Source of the DNA: the human T2T-CHM13v2.0 reference genome, Homo sapiens
Assembly: GCF_009914755.1 (NCBI RefSeq)
Contig: NC_060947.1
Strand: one strand, 5' to 3'
Length of the DNA stretch: 64,000 nucleotides
Part shown: positions 62,216-64,000 of the stretch, piece by piece
Numbering within the stretch: the first letter of the stretch is position 1
Layout of the letters: each line of letters opens with the position of its first letter
Made by a program: the position numbers and the translations under genes
The notes under the pieces: model-generated
Seen by the model: the letters and a program-made list of their open reading frames with translations, nothing else
Told to the model about the DNA's origin: nothing
Databases searched by the model: none

Positions 62216-62974
62216 TTTCCTATTACCTCACTCACCAACCCTGTTGTTTCAAGAAAACAGAGGTGGCCTGGGCACTCTATTCTTGCCCTCTGGTTCATGG
62301 GAGAAGATTGACTGCCTGCAGCAATAAGCAGAGTACTCAGACATCAAAACTTCACCTGCCGCTGCACACACTCTCTCTCCCCGTCCCAGCCTCACTTATA
62401 AACATCGCTTGATTTAGAAACTGTCTTCCAATTTCACATATGTAGATTGTATGACTGCCAGGTACTAGGCACTATGCTGTGTTCTGGGAACCTCGGAACA
62501 AATAGCAATGGTTTTGATCCTTGAGGATTTCACAGTGCAGCCAACAAAGAAGGGGGGTTAGAACCTATCTTCGAGCTGCCATGAGGTGGCCTCACAAACC
62601 AAATCAAAAGCCTAAAGACATCCAGGCTAGATGACAGCCACAATAGCCACTTGACCTAACAGGCTGAGCCCTTGGTCACAAAAGGGCATTTGATTAGTCT
62701 AACAAGGCGTAATTTTTGTAAGAACATGAAGCTGTTACCATATGTGGCTTCATTGTTTAGATCAACATTTTTGGATTCTAAAACTATAAGCTAGCTACCT
62801 TTACCCTGTGGGACCTGGTACAATTTGCCTTGTTCATAATAGGTGGCAAAGACACATTTATTTTCATGTTGAATTGAATTTACTCAGTGATTTTTTCAAT
62901 GTTAAGGAAATGTTGTTTTACTACACATGATACTTAGAATACTACTATAAAAAATAACACCCAGTAGGCCTCCA

Positions 62975-63052
62975 AATACACATAGATACACACAAATATG
63001 TACTTATGTACATATACATATATATATACGCACAAAAATACATATATAACAT
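62975..63052. repeat. TA/CA-rich low-complexity tract
   Basis: ACACATAGATACACAC...ATATATATACGCAC. Confidence 0.75.
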
Positions 63053-64000
63053 AGCTATTAGTCCTAAATTATTTTAGTTTTATTTTAGCCAATTGCATTT
63101 TTTAAATTTCCCAGACACTCCAAGAAGCAAATAGGCACCACTTACACTCTGCAGCCAATCACTTTTAATTCTTCCAGCAGTCATTTTGATAATATCAGAC
63201 ATAATGAAATCACTTATCAGTAATGTGGGGTCTAATTCCCCTTATGCAAAATAGTCTATTTTAATTCAGGTTTGGAATCCCTGCCAGAGCTCTCAAGACT
63301 GCTCCTTCTACAGGGTCATTATTAAAGGAACTTTATTTTTATGATAATACATTCTTATATAAATAGATCTCACACAATAACACAGAATCCCAGCTAGACT
63401 CTCCCACCAGTTGTCATGAAATGCTATCCTACTCTATATTGCACGAGTAAATAAGAAGCAGTTTCTGAACTACACCAAGTTTACTGATGGGGGTTATGAA
63501 GGTAACTCCAGGATCCCTGAAAATCTGTCATTGCAATAACATTTTAGATTGAATGGAATCTTATTAAATCAGATCTAAAGAAACTGAGGGCAGAACTGTT
63601 ATTATCTCTCATGTAAATAAGAGTGGGGGCACATCATTTTTTAAGGCATGTTTTTTCTTGATGGACTATGTGGCTTGTCTGACATCATTAAGTCCCTTTT
63701 TGTGGTTTTAATCTGCAGTTTGGACACTCGAAGTGTTGAGCTATTTTCACTCTTTAAAGTGACATGAGTTTGGTTAATGGAAGAAAGAAAATGAATCCCC
63801 GAGGATCCTCAACTAAAAGCATTACTTATGGGAAAAATCAGTCTTCTATTTGGGTTGGCAAAAATCAGCTGAAGAGAGGTGCTGAGTGGCCAGGAAATGG
63901 AAAGGAAGTTGAAGAAAGGAAAATAGGAAGAGAATGAGTCAAAGCCGTCCCCATGTTCTTCACCATTCTTCTTCACAATGGGATCCTTTTTCTTCTCCAA

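Noticed and set aside
63809-64000. Minus-strand ORF running off the window edge (EKKKDPIVKKNGEEHG...)
   Set aside because: Not recognisable as a known protein or processed pseudogene; cannot be judged without flanking sequence.

Overview
Primate, almost certainly human, non-coding genomic DNA: a near-consensus AluYb8 at 22826-23134 is human-specific. The window is AT-rich and CpG-depleted, and I see no CpG island. It is dense with interspersed repeats: Alu/FLAM, L1PA/L1MA/L1ME, L2, MIR, MaLR and MLT2 solo LTRs, MER5/MER33 and MADE1. I recognise no host protein-coding exon, RNA gene or processed pseudogene; the protein-like ORFs are broken L1 ORF2 pieces or Alu translations. Four local copying events stand out. 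(1) A 216-bp, ~96%-identical inverted repeat (12231-12446 / 15003-15218) brackets 2.6 kb containing an enhancer-like element; it is a candidate inversion. (2) A perfect 82-bp tandem duplication lies inside that interval. (3) An older ~177-bp direct duplication sits at 8185-8361 / 9946-10121. (4) A patchwork insertion in an MST LTR (59344-59566) is built from inverted copies of two different neighbouring sequences, a template-switching scar. I found no evidence of a novel gene system. Repeat family calls come from remembered consensus features; boundaries are approximate unless target-site duplications (TSDs) are given, and identities were counted by eye.
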